64,000 nt of DNA. Source: Macrostomum lignano (lineage: Eukaryota). The stretch spans positions 16,891-80,890 of the forward strand of contig NIVC01003717.1 in the NCBI GenBank assembly GCA_002269645.1, read 5' to 3'. Shown in pieces: positions 41,982 through 53,214 of this stretch. Each line of letters starts with the position of its first letter. The first letter of the stretch is position 1. The notes below the pieces were generated by a model. It saw only the letters and a program-made list of their open reading frames with translations, ran no database searches and was not told where the DNA came from. The position numbers and the translations under genes are program-made.

Positions 41982-42989
41982 TTGCAGCAGTGCGATGCCC
42001 TCCGAACCCTAACCTAGACGACTCGATTTTTTCTAGGCTTAAGATTGTAAACCACTTATCTTACTCACTGCTGCCCTGACCGCTCTTCTCTGTCCTAGCA
42101 TGTCTGTCTGTCCTAGTGTCTGCATGCTTGCATGTCCTAGTGTCTGTCTGCCTGTCATAGTGTCTTATCTATCTGCCCTAGTGTCTGTCTGTCCAACTGT
42201 CTACATGTCCATGTGTCTGGTGAGTCTATAACACAGCATCCCATGCTCCACAGGCCTGAAAATATCTGCATGTCAAATCAGCATATCGAGCTTGAACTCT
42301 CTGATGTTTCAGTGACGTCATTGCCACAAAAAGAAACATTCAATCATCGGCTGTTAGAGCAGCCATTTTTCAAATTGAATCGCAATACTCGCTCCAATCT
42401 AAAGTGCTTTTTATATACTATAGCTAATCTAAGTGTAACTTAAAAATTTTGTCTTTTAATAGAAATCTATTAAATTTTATATTATTTTATATTATAATAA
42501 ACATGCTATAATTGAAATTCCAAACTAACTATGCAAGTCAGGAGGAAATTGATTTCATTTTTGTCCGTTACAGTTAAATCAATGCAGTGCATTCTGTCTC
42601 TTGTCCAGCTGAATCTGAAAGTGTTGGCTATCGCCCCATATTTCTATCTAAGTGATTGATATTTTTCTAATTTAACACAGTTGAATTACAACTTAACGAA
42701 CATATTTGATACATTATTTGTTTTACAAACTTTTTATTTGATCTGAATGCCATTCATTATAATTCAATGACGTTCAAATATAGCAGTTTAAGATTCTGAG
42801 ATGTACTTTAGAAAAATTATATTTAGATTTTTTGGCTCGGACCGTTTTTTCATTTGCGCGAAGTTATTGAAAGAAAAGTTGTTCACCTAATTTTCTTTGA
42901 CCATTTTATCGATGATTTAATTAACAGTGCATAAAGCATTGTTGATTTGAAGAAAAAAATGAGTGCGAAGATAAATCCTGATATGAATG

Positions 42990-43014
42990 GATGGATAGAT
43001 AGATGGATAGATAG

Positions 43015-43045
<31 letters not shown>

Positions 43046-43055
43046 GATAGATAGC

Positions 43056-43120
<65 letters not shown>

Positions 43121-43141
43121 GGATAGATAGATCGATCGATC

Positions 43142-43176
<35 letters not shown>

Positions 43177-43183
43177 TGATAGC

Positions 43184-43240
<57 letters not shown>

Positions 43241-43307
43241 TGATAGCTAGATAGATAGATAGATAGATAGATACATAGATAGATAGATAGCTAGATAGCT
43301 AGATAGC

Positions 43308-43350
<43 letters not shown>

Positions 43351-43379
43351 CTAGATAGATAGATAGATAGATAGATAGC

Positions 43380-43432
<53 letters not shown>

Positions 43433-43443
43433 TGATTGATAGC

Positions 43444-43478
<35 letters not shown>

Positions 43479-43560
43479 TTAGATAGATAGATAGATAGAT
43501 GGATAGATAGATGGACAGATATATAGACAGATAGATAAATAGGTAGGTAGGTAGGTAGGT
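42990..43560. repeat. (GATA)n microsatellite between PPAT and RFWD3
   Basis: Seen directly. Confidence 0.97.
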
Positions 43561-43957
43561 AGTTAAATAGAGATGTTAAGGCAATGATGTAAGCATGATT
43601 TATGTTTTTGGCAATCTCTTCTCCAGACGAAGTTTAGGGTTACGCAAGCAAGTCTTGCTGTAATTATAAGCAATTACATATAATCAGGAACACACCCGGC
43701 TAGTGCATAAGCCTCCATTTTAGCTCACTGGGCAGTCCACACCAAGAAAGGAATCACATTGGCTTAGATGTGACAGCAAGTCTGCAATAACGATAGTTTT
43801 AAATGCACCTATAATTTTCGAGGAATTTTTCACCTTTCCTGCATTTCTGATCCCCAGCTGTTACAAGTTAAGACCTCGATAGCCAAGGAACCAGCAAGTG
43901 CCGGCATAGCAACTTATCGTTGACAGCTACTGAAAGATTGGTTGGATTTCGTATGTG

Positions 43958-46900
43958 ATGGCAGAGGGTGTCAGTATTTCGGCTCCGAATCTTATATACG
44001 GTGGGCCATCCACGTCACAGAATAGTAGTAGTACTAATACTGAAAGCAACAGGAACAGCAACAATAATAATATTAACCATGCTGATGGCAATTCCTCCTC
44101 AGCTTCTTTGTTTGAATCGCGCTCGGACACGTCAGAAACATCATCCGTAGTACTGGAGGATGGTAATCAGAATCCCACTGTTGGTTTAGCCACTGAACAA
44201 GCTCAACAAGATGATAACGAAACAGAACAACAGGAAGTTAACGTTGTTATCGATATTAACGATGAGAATGCGAATGCCACTACTAATAACAATAATAACG
44301 ATAATGATGCAGATAATTATGATAATGAACCACAGAACGACGCTCTCGTTGGCGAGATTATTGATTTGACAGATGATGTGCCTGGTCAAATCCATCTGCC
44401 GCAGCCTATAATGATTGAAGATCTTGATAATGATGATAATGAACTGGACGATTTCCTTGTCATTGACGATCTGAGACGTTCAACTAGTAATAGTCGTCGA
44501 AGAGTTACGGCTCCTCCAGATGCTAGAACTTCTTCGCGTAGACGACAACAGCAACGGCTTGATTCGCATCCGGAATCTGGGGCATCCAACTCCAGGGTTA
44601 TCGTTAAGAAGCGTCGATTAAGCGACGGTGAAGGACCGTCTGGAAGTGGTACAACGGCGGCTTCTTTAAGTCCTCCTCAACCTGCAGATGAAGGTTGCAC
44701 AATCTGTTTTGAGCCCTGGACATCGTCTGGCGAGCATCGAGTCTGCGCGTTGCGTTGCGGCCATCTGTTTGGCAAATCTTGCGTCGAGCGTTGGTTAGAA
44801 ACCCGGCAACAGTGCCCGCAGTGCAATAGAAATTGCCGACGTCACGAAGTGCTGCCCTTGTATGTTACCAATCTCAGAGCTGTAGATAATAGCGAGAATG
44901 AAGCTCTAAAACTCGAGATTGACAAGATTAAACGAGCTAAACTAACCGCCGAGCAGGAGGCTGGGGACATGCGGTTGAGACTAGACATGCTCAGAGATGA
45001 GAACAGGCGACTATCTCGCCAATTGGAGTTCTATCGAAGTCATTCTTCCAAGCTGACTATTGATCTGACCGATGCTGGCGGCGAGACTTGCTCTTATCAT
45101 TTGGAAGACAATGTCATGATTTCTCAGGTGGGTGGATGCGAGGTCATGATCCCTATAGATGCCTGTTTAGAATGGGTCATGATCCCTATAGATGTGTCTG
45201 TTTAGAATGGGTCATGATCCCTATAGATGTGTTTAGAAAGGGTCATGATCCCTATAGATGTGTTTAGAATGGGTCATGATCCCTATAGATGTGCTTAGAA
45301 TGGGTCATGATCCCTATAGATGCCTGTTTAGAATGGGTCATGATCCCTATAGATGTGTCTGTTTAGAATGGGTCATGATCCCTATAGATGTGTTTAGAAT
45401 GGGTCATGATCCCTATAGATGTGTTTAGAATGGGTCATGATCCCTATTGATGTATGTTTAGAATGGGTCATGATCCCTATAGATGTGTCTGTTTAGAATG
45501 GGTCATGATCCCTATAGATGTGTTTAGAATGGGTCATGATCCCTATAGATGTGTTTAGAATGGGTCATGATCCCTATAGATGTGTCTGTTTAGAATGGGT
45601 CATGATCCCTATAGATGTGTTTAGAATGGGTCATGATCCCTATAGATGTGTTTAGAATGGGTCATGATCCCTATAGATGTGTATGTTTAGAATGGGTCAT
45701 GATTCCTCCAAGTCAATAGGAGATCTCCCTAACTAATCAACCGCCTCTTTGCGCTTCCCAGGTAGGCGAGTGCCGAGTACTCGCTCTCAACCAGCAGCTC
45801 GACGTGCTGTGCATCTCCCAGCCTAGCCGAAATCCTCTATTCCGCGGCTACGGCCTTCGCAAGTTGGATTTAGTAGACTTTCGCAATTCCAGCTACATTC
45901 ATTTGCACACTAATAAACTGCGGGATGCCTGCTTTAATCCCGAGGGCACCCTGCTGCTCACCGCCAGCATGGACAAGCAGATCAGGTTAACCGGCTTTCA
46001 CTCCGAGCAGACTGTTTGCTATTTCGATTGCCCCACAGCTGTGTGGTCCTGCTGCTGGAGTCCGTATGATCCCAATCAGTTCTATGCAGGCCTAGCCAAT
46101 GGCAGGGTGATGTGCTTCGATATGCGTCACATTGGCAGTCACGTGAGCGTGCTGCCGTGCGCCGAAGAGCCGCCCAGTGTCACCTCGGTGGTGTCCATGG
46201 CTTCGGTGAGTGCGGCGGCGCCCCTCTCCTTGAAAAATCTGAATCCCCTCCTTTGTCAAAATCGACAAAATCCGCCCCTTAAAAAATTATTTAAAAATCC
46301 GCCCGTTAATTAAAAAATGCGCCCTTCCAGTTTTCTTTAAATCCGCCCTCACAAAAATCTACTAAATCCGCGCCCTCCTTATAAAAATCTACTAAACCCG
46401 CCCCCTCATTATAAAAATCTACTAAACCCGCCCCCTCATTATAAAAATCTACTAAACCCGCCCCCTCATTATAAAAATCTACTAAACCCGCCCCTCATTA
46501 TAAAAATCTACTAAATCCGCCCCCTCATTATAAAAATCTACTAAACCCGCCCCCTCATTATAAAAATCTACTAAACCCGCCCCCTCATTATAACAATCTT
46601 CTAAATCCGCCCCATTAAAAGCTACCAAAAACCGCCCCATACCGCCAGCTGCCAGCCGGTGCCCCAGCCGCAGGCGTCGCTGCACCATCAGCTTTGCTAG
46701 CCGGCCAGTTTGATCGGCTGAGTCTCTACCGTCGGCCAGCGGCAGTCGCCGCAGCCGCAGCAGCAGCAACCGAAGCCGACAATCACCAGGCCGCACTGCT
46801 CCCGATGCCCGGCCCTGGCAGCGGTCAACAGCTGGCTTGGCTGGCCGCAGATCCAGACAGTCGACACGTCCTGTTGACTCACCGACCGACTGCCAACCAC

Positions 46901-47299
46901 CAGCAACAGCAGCCGCAGCAGCAACGTCCGGGTGTTGAGCACTCCGTCTACAGTTTAGATTTCATTCGCACCAGCGCTGATAGCAGCGATTCGACAGCAA
47001 CCATGGAATCCGCACTGAGACCTCTGAGTCGAATTCGAGCTGGCCAATCGATGAAGCTCCTAGCTAGGAGTCGACTATTTCAACAGGCTAGCAGATCCGG
47101 CGGAGCTCTGACCGTGGCGGCCGGAGATGAAGCTACCTGTAGGTTAAACCTGTGGGACGCGGCAACTGGAGAGAAGCTGCAGTCCATGGCTAGACTGCCC
47201 AGTCCAGTGCTGGACATTGCGCCAGTCAGGCATGGCCGGTTCCTCGCCTGCCTGACAGAACAGTCGGTGTATGTTTATAAAGATACTAAAGCTGAGTGA
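43958..47299 (+). CDS. RFWD3: E3 ubiquitin ligase RFWD3 (RING + coiled coil + WD40), 3 exons, ~754 aa
   Basis: Exons 43958-45127, 45762-46205, ~46649-47299. RING CTICFEPWT.SGEHRVCALRCGHLFGKSCV..WL....QCPQC is RFWD3-type; WD40 with LLLTASMDK, WSCCWS, FYAGLANG.V..FD.R, AGDEA. Confidence 0.92.
45140..45705. repeat. ~31-35-bp minisatellite (GGGTCATGATCCCTATAGATGTGTTTAGAAT) in RFWD3 intron 1
   Basis: Seen directly. Confidence 0.95.
46260..46620. repeat. ~31-bp minisatellite (AAAAATCTACTAAACCCGCCCCCTCATTAT) in RFWD3 intron 2
   Basis: Seen directly. Confidence 0.9.
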
Positions 47300-48284
47300 G
47301 GCTGGTCTATATTGTGTGCGTGTAGGCTTGATTTAGTTCTATTTACTTATTCTAAGTTGGGCAATGTCTGTCTATCTGCCTATTTTTATTTTAGTAAAGA
47401 ATGTTTGACTTAAATTGCCTCCTTCACTCTCCTCCCTACTCCTTACTTCCTCTCCTCTCCTCTTCTGTACTCTCCTCTCTACTCTCCCTACTCTCCTCTC
47501 TCCTCTCTACTCTCGTGCTATTGTGTTCTGCTTATTAGATATCCCCATATTGAACATATATATTTCTCGCCTAAATCTCTTGTCCCAGTAAGACAAGATT
47601 AACCATTTTATACTTCTAATTCTACTGAACCTACACTGTATACACAATGTCAATATTTCGTTCAACAATTTAAAACTAAAATATATTATTTTAGTTACAA
47701 GCTAGCGAAAATACAATCTTTTTTATGTTGTCTTTCAGTTTACTGATAAAGCAAATAAATATGTATAGGCCTACTCTTTAGTATGAACACTTAGTCAGAC
47801 AAAAATGTCCCATTCACCTCTAGCTTGTTAAAAAGCGCAGGTGTGTTTTTACTAAACGTTGGCTTGACCCCTTTGCGCGGCTGTGGCTATATGCCTAAAA
47901 TTGCTTCTCCAAATTACAAATAGCGGCAGAAGAAAAACAGATTATGAAATATTTATAATAAATGGAAATTGCTATATATGTCAGTTGCTTTGATTATTTT
48001 CCTAGTTTTTCTGTCAGCAATTATTTCAACTGATTGCCGATGGGAAATCTGCCCCAGGAATGATGTGTACAATTTTAAACTTCTATACTGTACGGTTTTA
48101 TTATTATTGTCGTTATTATTTAGTATATGCCACAGATACTTCAATATCTATATATGTCACTCGCAAAAATCCGCTTATCTGGTCTTTGTTCAGTAGCAAA
48201 ATTACTTCTAGCAAAAAGTGGTGCACCAAGTCAGGTCAATAAACAGTTCTTTCCTCTTGTCCACTGGTGTCGGGCTTTGTCCTC

Positions 48285-48660
48285 TCTCGTTACTGCTCTC
48301 TCATTGGCTGAGCTAGATTGGGCCTGCCCCTAGGCTGAGTTTCGTCCGTCTGACTTTTACCTCTCTCCTTACTGCTTTCTCATTGGCTGAGCTAGATTGA
48401 GCCTGCCCCTAGGCTGAGTTTCGTTTGAATTTGCCCTCTCTCCTTTCTGCTCTCTCATTGGCTGAGCTAGATTGGGCCTGCCCCCTAGGCTGAGTTTCGT
48501 TTGTCTGAATTTGCCCTCTCTCCTTTCTGCCCTCTCATTGGCTGAGCTAGATTGGGCCTGCCCCCTAGTCTGAGTTTCGTCCGTCTAACATTCGCCAGTC
48601 TTTACTGCTCTCTCAATGGCTGAACTAGATTGTACCTCCCCCCCCCTAGGCTGTTTCGTC
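48285..48660. repeat. Five tandem 75-80-bp units each with two ATTGG (CCAAT) boxes
   Basis: TCATTGGCTGAGCTAGATTGGGCC recurs at ~48301, 48380, 48455, 48535, 48613. Confidence 0.85.
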
Positions 48661-48711
48661 TGTCTTGCGTTCACTTGTGTACATCGAGTTAAATGATTGC
48701 TGTTTACTATA

Positions 48712-50304
48712 GCTTTTTGCAGCCCATTTGGGCTTGCGCGCATTGAATTTAATCCAAGATACGTTTGCCAATGCAATGGAGCTTTTGTCTATGGTAGCAA
48801 GGCTGGCACAGTGGCATTTGATTTGGTCCAACAAGTATCAATTTGGTCCAACAAGCATCAATTTGGTCCAACAAGCATCAATTTGGTCCAACAAGCATCA
48901 ATTTGGTCCAACAAGTATCAATTTGGTCCAACAAGTATCAATTTGGTCCAACAAGTATCAATTTGGTCCAACAAGCATCAATTTGGTCCAACAAGCATCA
49001 ATTTGGTCCAACAAGCATCAATTTGGTCCAACAAGCATCAATTTGGTCCAACAAGTATCAATTTGGTCCAACAAGTATCAATTTGGTCCAACAAGTATCA
49101 ATTTGGTCCAACAAGCATCAATTTGGTCCAACAAGCATCAATTTGGTCCAACAAGTATCAATTTGGTCCAACAAGCATCAATTTGGTCCAACAAGCATCA
49201 ATTTGGTCCAACAAGCATCAATTTGGTCCAACAAGTATCAATTTGGTCCAACAAGTATCAATTTGGTCCAACAAGCATCAATTTGGTCCAACAAGTATCA
49301 ATTTGGTCCAACAAGCATCAATTTGGTCCAACAAGTATCAATTTGGTCCAACAAGCATCAATTTGGTCCAACAAGCATCAATTTGGTCCAACAAGCATCA
49401 ATTTGGTCCAACAAGTATCAATTTGGTCCAACAAGCATCAATTTGGTCCAACAAGCATCAATTTGGTCCAACAAGCATCAATTTGGTCCAACAAGTATCA
49501 ATTTGGTCCAACAAGCATCAATTTGGTCCAACAAGCATCAATTTGGTCCAACAAGCATCAATTTGGTCCAACAAGTATCAATTTGGTCCAACAAGCATCA
49601 ATTTGGTCCAAACGCTCGTGAGCCATTCGGCAGACTCTTGCCTTTTCGCAACTGCCTTTCGCAACGGCTGGAATTTCAGCGTCTCTACCAGCAGTTTCCA
49701 GTCGCTTTTCCATAGCACTGCCAATAGTCGAAATCTGATAACCAACTGGAACTGTTCTTTCAACTTCTGCTGCATTTTTGCACCGTTAACAAAGGGTTTC
49801 TCAACTGCATCGAGTAGCAGTTGGACCTGAGGCTCTCGCAACTTGCCTTGGCGATTGCCACCCTTTCGCAGGCGACCTCTGCCGCCAGTGGTTTCAACGC
49901 GCTGATAGATGCTGTAAACCATATTTTCTTTTACATTCAGCAGCCTTGCAATGTCCTTTGGGTATTCACCTCTGTTCAGTGCTTCAATCACAAGCCAATG
50001 GTTCGACAGCCCAGCATATGGTTCAAAGAAAAGATGGTTTACAGAGAGCTGTGGAAAAGCGACAGAAAATTGTTGGTAGAGACGCTGACATTCCAGCGGT
50101 ACGCAACAACCTGCAGGCAGTTGCCAAAAAGCGGGAGTTTGCCGAATGGCTCACGAGCGAGCGTTTGGACCAAATTGATGCTTGTTGGACCAAGTTAAAT
50201 GCCGCTGTGGCAGCCTTGCTACCATAGACAGAAGCTCCGTTACATTGGCAAACGTATATTGGATTAAATCCAATGTGTGTAAGCCCAAATGGGCTGCAAA
50301 AAGC
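48712..50304 (-). mobile_element. Internally deleted IS630/Tc1-mariner-like element with long (foldback) TIRs and an internal 20-bp satellite
   Basis: TIR GCTTTTTGCAGCCCATTTGGGCTT... flanked by TA at 48710-48711 and 50305-50306; inverted homology extends ~270 bp. ORF 49578-49991 encodes a paired-like HTH (IARLLNVKENMVYSIYQRVETTG...KGGNRQGKL); no DDE domain. Confidence 0.8.
48821..49610. repeat. 20-bp tandem array ATTTGGTCCAACAAG(C/T)ATCA, 39.5 copies
   Basis: Exact register from 48821 to 49610; two variants differing at one base. Confidence 0.98.
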
Positions 50305-50792
50305 TACATTAGTCTTAACCCCATATGCTCCTGAGGCTGCAAAACCTAGGAAGGAAAGGTCATTTTAGCTGCCACATTAATTTAAATGACACTGCGCAGA
50401 CAAACTATTAAGAAAAAGAGTAGACGCTCTACTTTTTAACTATTTTAGTTGCATAGTCATTCTCGTATCTATGGTATCTACTATCTGGTTGATTTATGTC
50501 CAATCTTATACTTTATTGTAATTGTTTTTTATTAACTTTAACAATTTATCCTAGAAACATAACAAACATTTTAATCAAGTACGTCTACGTCTTGTATGTC
50601 TTTAATTGTAGTCGAGTTCGAAACTTACTAATTTCTTTACTTGCATTTTAGTGCATTATTTGCTTATAAAATGTTGAAATTGACTGTAACCAAGCGTTCT
50701 TAATGTTAATTTCAGTTTTTATGAAACTTCAATAAATAAAATTAATGCTTATTTTTTTAATTGATGATATTTTTAAGCCTTATTTTTTGTAG

Positions 50793-53131
50793 AAAGAAAT
50801 TATCTTGGCCGTAGATTTGGTTAGCCTCACCGAATCTGCCAATCTTCACCGAATCTGCCAATCTTCACTGAATCTGCCAATCGTCACTGAATCTGCCAAT
50901 CTTCACCGAATCTGCCAATCGTCACCGAATCTGCCAATCTTCACCGAATCTGCCAATCTTCACCGAATCTGCCAATCTTCACCGAATCTGCCAATCTTCA
51001 CCGAATCTGCCAATCTTCACCGAATCTGCCAATCGTCACCGAATCTGCCAATCTTCACCTCACCGAATCTGCCAATCTTCACTGAATGTGCCAATCTTCA
51101 CCGAATCTGCCAATCTTCACCGAATCTGCCAATCTTCACCGAATCTACCAATCTTCACTAAATCACAGTAATTACTGCTAAATCCCACAGCTACCCGCCC
51201 AGTTGCTAAGCGAGCCGGAGCGGCAGTACATATTCGATAGCGTTCAAGACGCTGTTCGAATCGATGGCCGGCAATGCCTGGCCTATCGGCAGGCCGCGCT
51301 CAGACTCGACCTGCTGTGTTACGCCACCGCCTCAGCCCAGGTCAGCCTAGGGGAGACAGACGTGCTCGTGTCTGTGCGAGAGGAAGATAATCCCGGTGCG
51401 ACTGCCCAGCAACAGGGATCTACTGGCTCTGTTGGTATGACTGCTATGTGTTGTATGACTGTCTCTGATCGTTTGTACCTCATTTCCTCATTTCCATAAA
51501 CCACATACCAGATTTCCGCCCCCTCATTATTATCCATACCTGATTTCCGCCCCCTCATTATTATCCATACCAGATTTCCACCCCCTCATTATTATCCATA
51601 CCAGATTTCCACCCCCTCATTATTATCCATACCAGATTTCCACCCCCTCATTATTATCCATACCAGATTTCCACCCCCTCATTATTATCCATACCTGATT
51701 TCCACCCCCTCATTATTATCCATACCAGATTTCCGCCCCTCACCATCATCCATACCCGATTTCCGCCCCCTCACTATCATCCATACCCGATTTCCGCCCC
51801 CTCACCATCATCCATACCCGATTTCCGCCCCCTCACCATCATCCATACCCGATTTCCGCCCCCTCACCATCATCCATACCCGATTTCCGCCCCCTCACCA
51901 TCTTCCATACCTGATTTCCGCCCCCCTCATAATCATCCATACATGATATCCGCCCCTCATCATAATCCATACCTGATTTCCGCCCCCTCATAATCATCCA
52001 TACATGATATCCGCCCCTCATCATAATCCATACCTGATTTCTGCCCCCTCATAATCATCCATACATGATATCCGCCCCTCATCATAATCCATACCTGATT
52101 TCCGCCCCCTCATAATCATCCATACATGATATCCGCCCTTCATCATAATCCATGCCTGATTTCTGCCCCCTCATAATCATCCATACATGATATCCGCCCT
52201 TCATCATAATCCATGCCTGATTTCCGCCCCCTCATAATCATCCATACATGATATCCGCCCCTCATCATAATCCATACCTGATTTCTGCCCCCTCATAATC
52301 ATCCATACATGATATCCGCCCCTCATCATAATCCATACCTGATTTCCGCCCCCTCATAATCATCCATACATGATATCCGCCCTTCATCATAATCCATGCC
52401 TGATTTCTGCCCCCTCATAATCATCCATACATGATATCCGCCCTTCATCATAATCCATGCCTGATTTCCGCCCCCTCATAATCATCCATACATGATATCC
52501 GCCCCTCATCATAATCCATACCTGATTTCTGCCCCCTCATAATCATCCATACATGATATCCGCCCCTCATCATAATCCATACCTGATTTCCGCCCCAACC
52601 CTTTCCTCAGTTGCAGCAGCTCAGCAGCAGCAGCCGGTCAGCCATCCAGTATCAGTGTGGGTGGACTGCAGCTGCCTCGGCTCCGGCCCAGAGCAGCAGC
52701 AGCTCGCTGATGAGGCCCAAGCTCACCTATCCAGCCTCTACCGCTGCCTGCGCACCCCGACTCCAGTGTTTGTTGACATCCTGTTGCTAGGCTACGACGG
52801 CGATTTACTAGACGCAGCCAGTATCGCCGCGTCAGCCGCGTTGATGCGCGCTTTGCCAGCCAGCCTGTTGTCTGCCCAGGCGCTGCCTCTGTTTGCCACC
52901 GTGCACCGGATCGGCTCGCAACAGATTGTGGACGCTAATCAACTCGAGGAGTCCTGCTCGATGGCCAGAGTAACTGTGGGAGTTGATTCGAATGGTCGGC
53001 TGGTGGCCTGCCAGACTTGCGGCGAAGGCTCGCTACAGTTCGAGTCCATGACGGAGATGATTGAGACTGGAGTGCGCAAGGCTATGATGTTGCACGATTC
53101 GGTTGCTAAACTGGTTGCTAGGGTGCTTTAA
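50793..53131 (+). CDS. EXOSC7: Exosome complex component RRP42 (RNase PH-like), 3 exons, no genomic ATG found
   Basis: Exons 50793-50819 (inferred), 51191-51434, 52611-53131. LSEPERQYIFDSVQDAVRIDGRQC..YR, ASAQVSLGETDVLVSV, FVDILLLGYDGDLLDAASIAA, PLFATV..IG...IVDA...EE match RRP42. Confidence 0.88.
50828..51160. repeat. 19-bp minisatellite (CCGAATCTGCCAATCTTCA) in EXOSC7 intron 1
   Basis: Seen directly. Confidence 0.95.
51500..52595. repeat. ~31-bp minisatellite (CATACCTGATTTCCGCCCCCTCATAATCATC) in EXOSC7 intron 2
   Basis: Seen directly. Confidence 0.95.
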
Positions 53132-53214
53132 TGGTGCATTTCTTAGGCGTTTATGTGGATAGTGTATAATCTAATAAGATTGGGTAGAAATATCATATCG
53201 AACCTCCTTAACCG

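Noticed and set aside
48821-49610. CRISPR-like array (also considered for 8500-12060)
   Set aside because: Head-to-tail repeats with no unique spacers, eukaryotic context, no cas genes.
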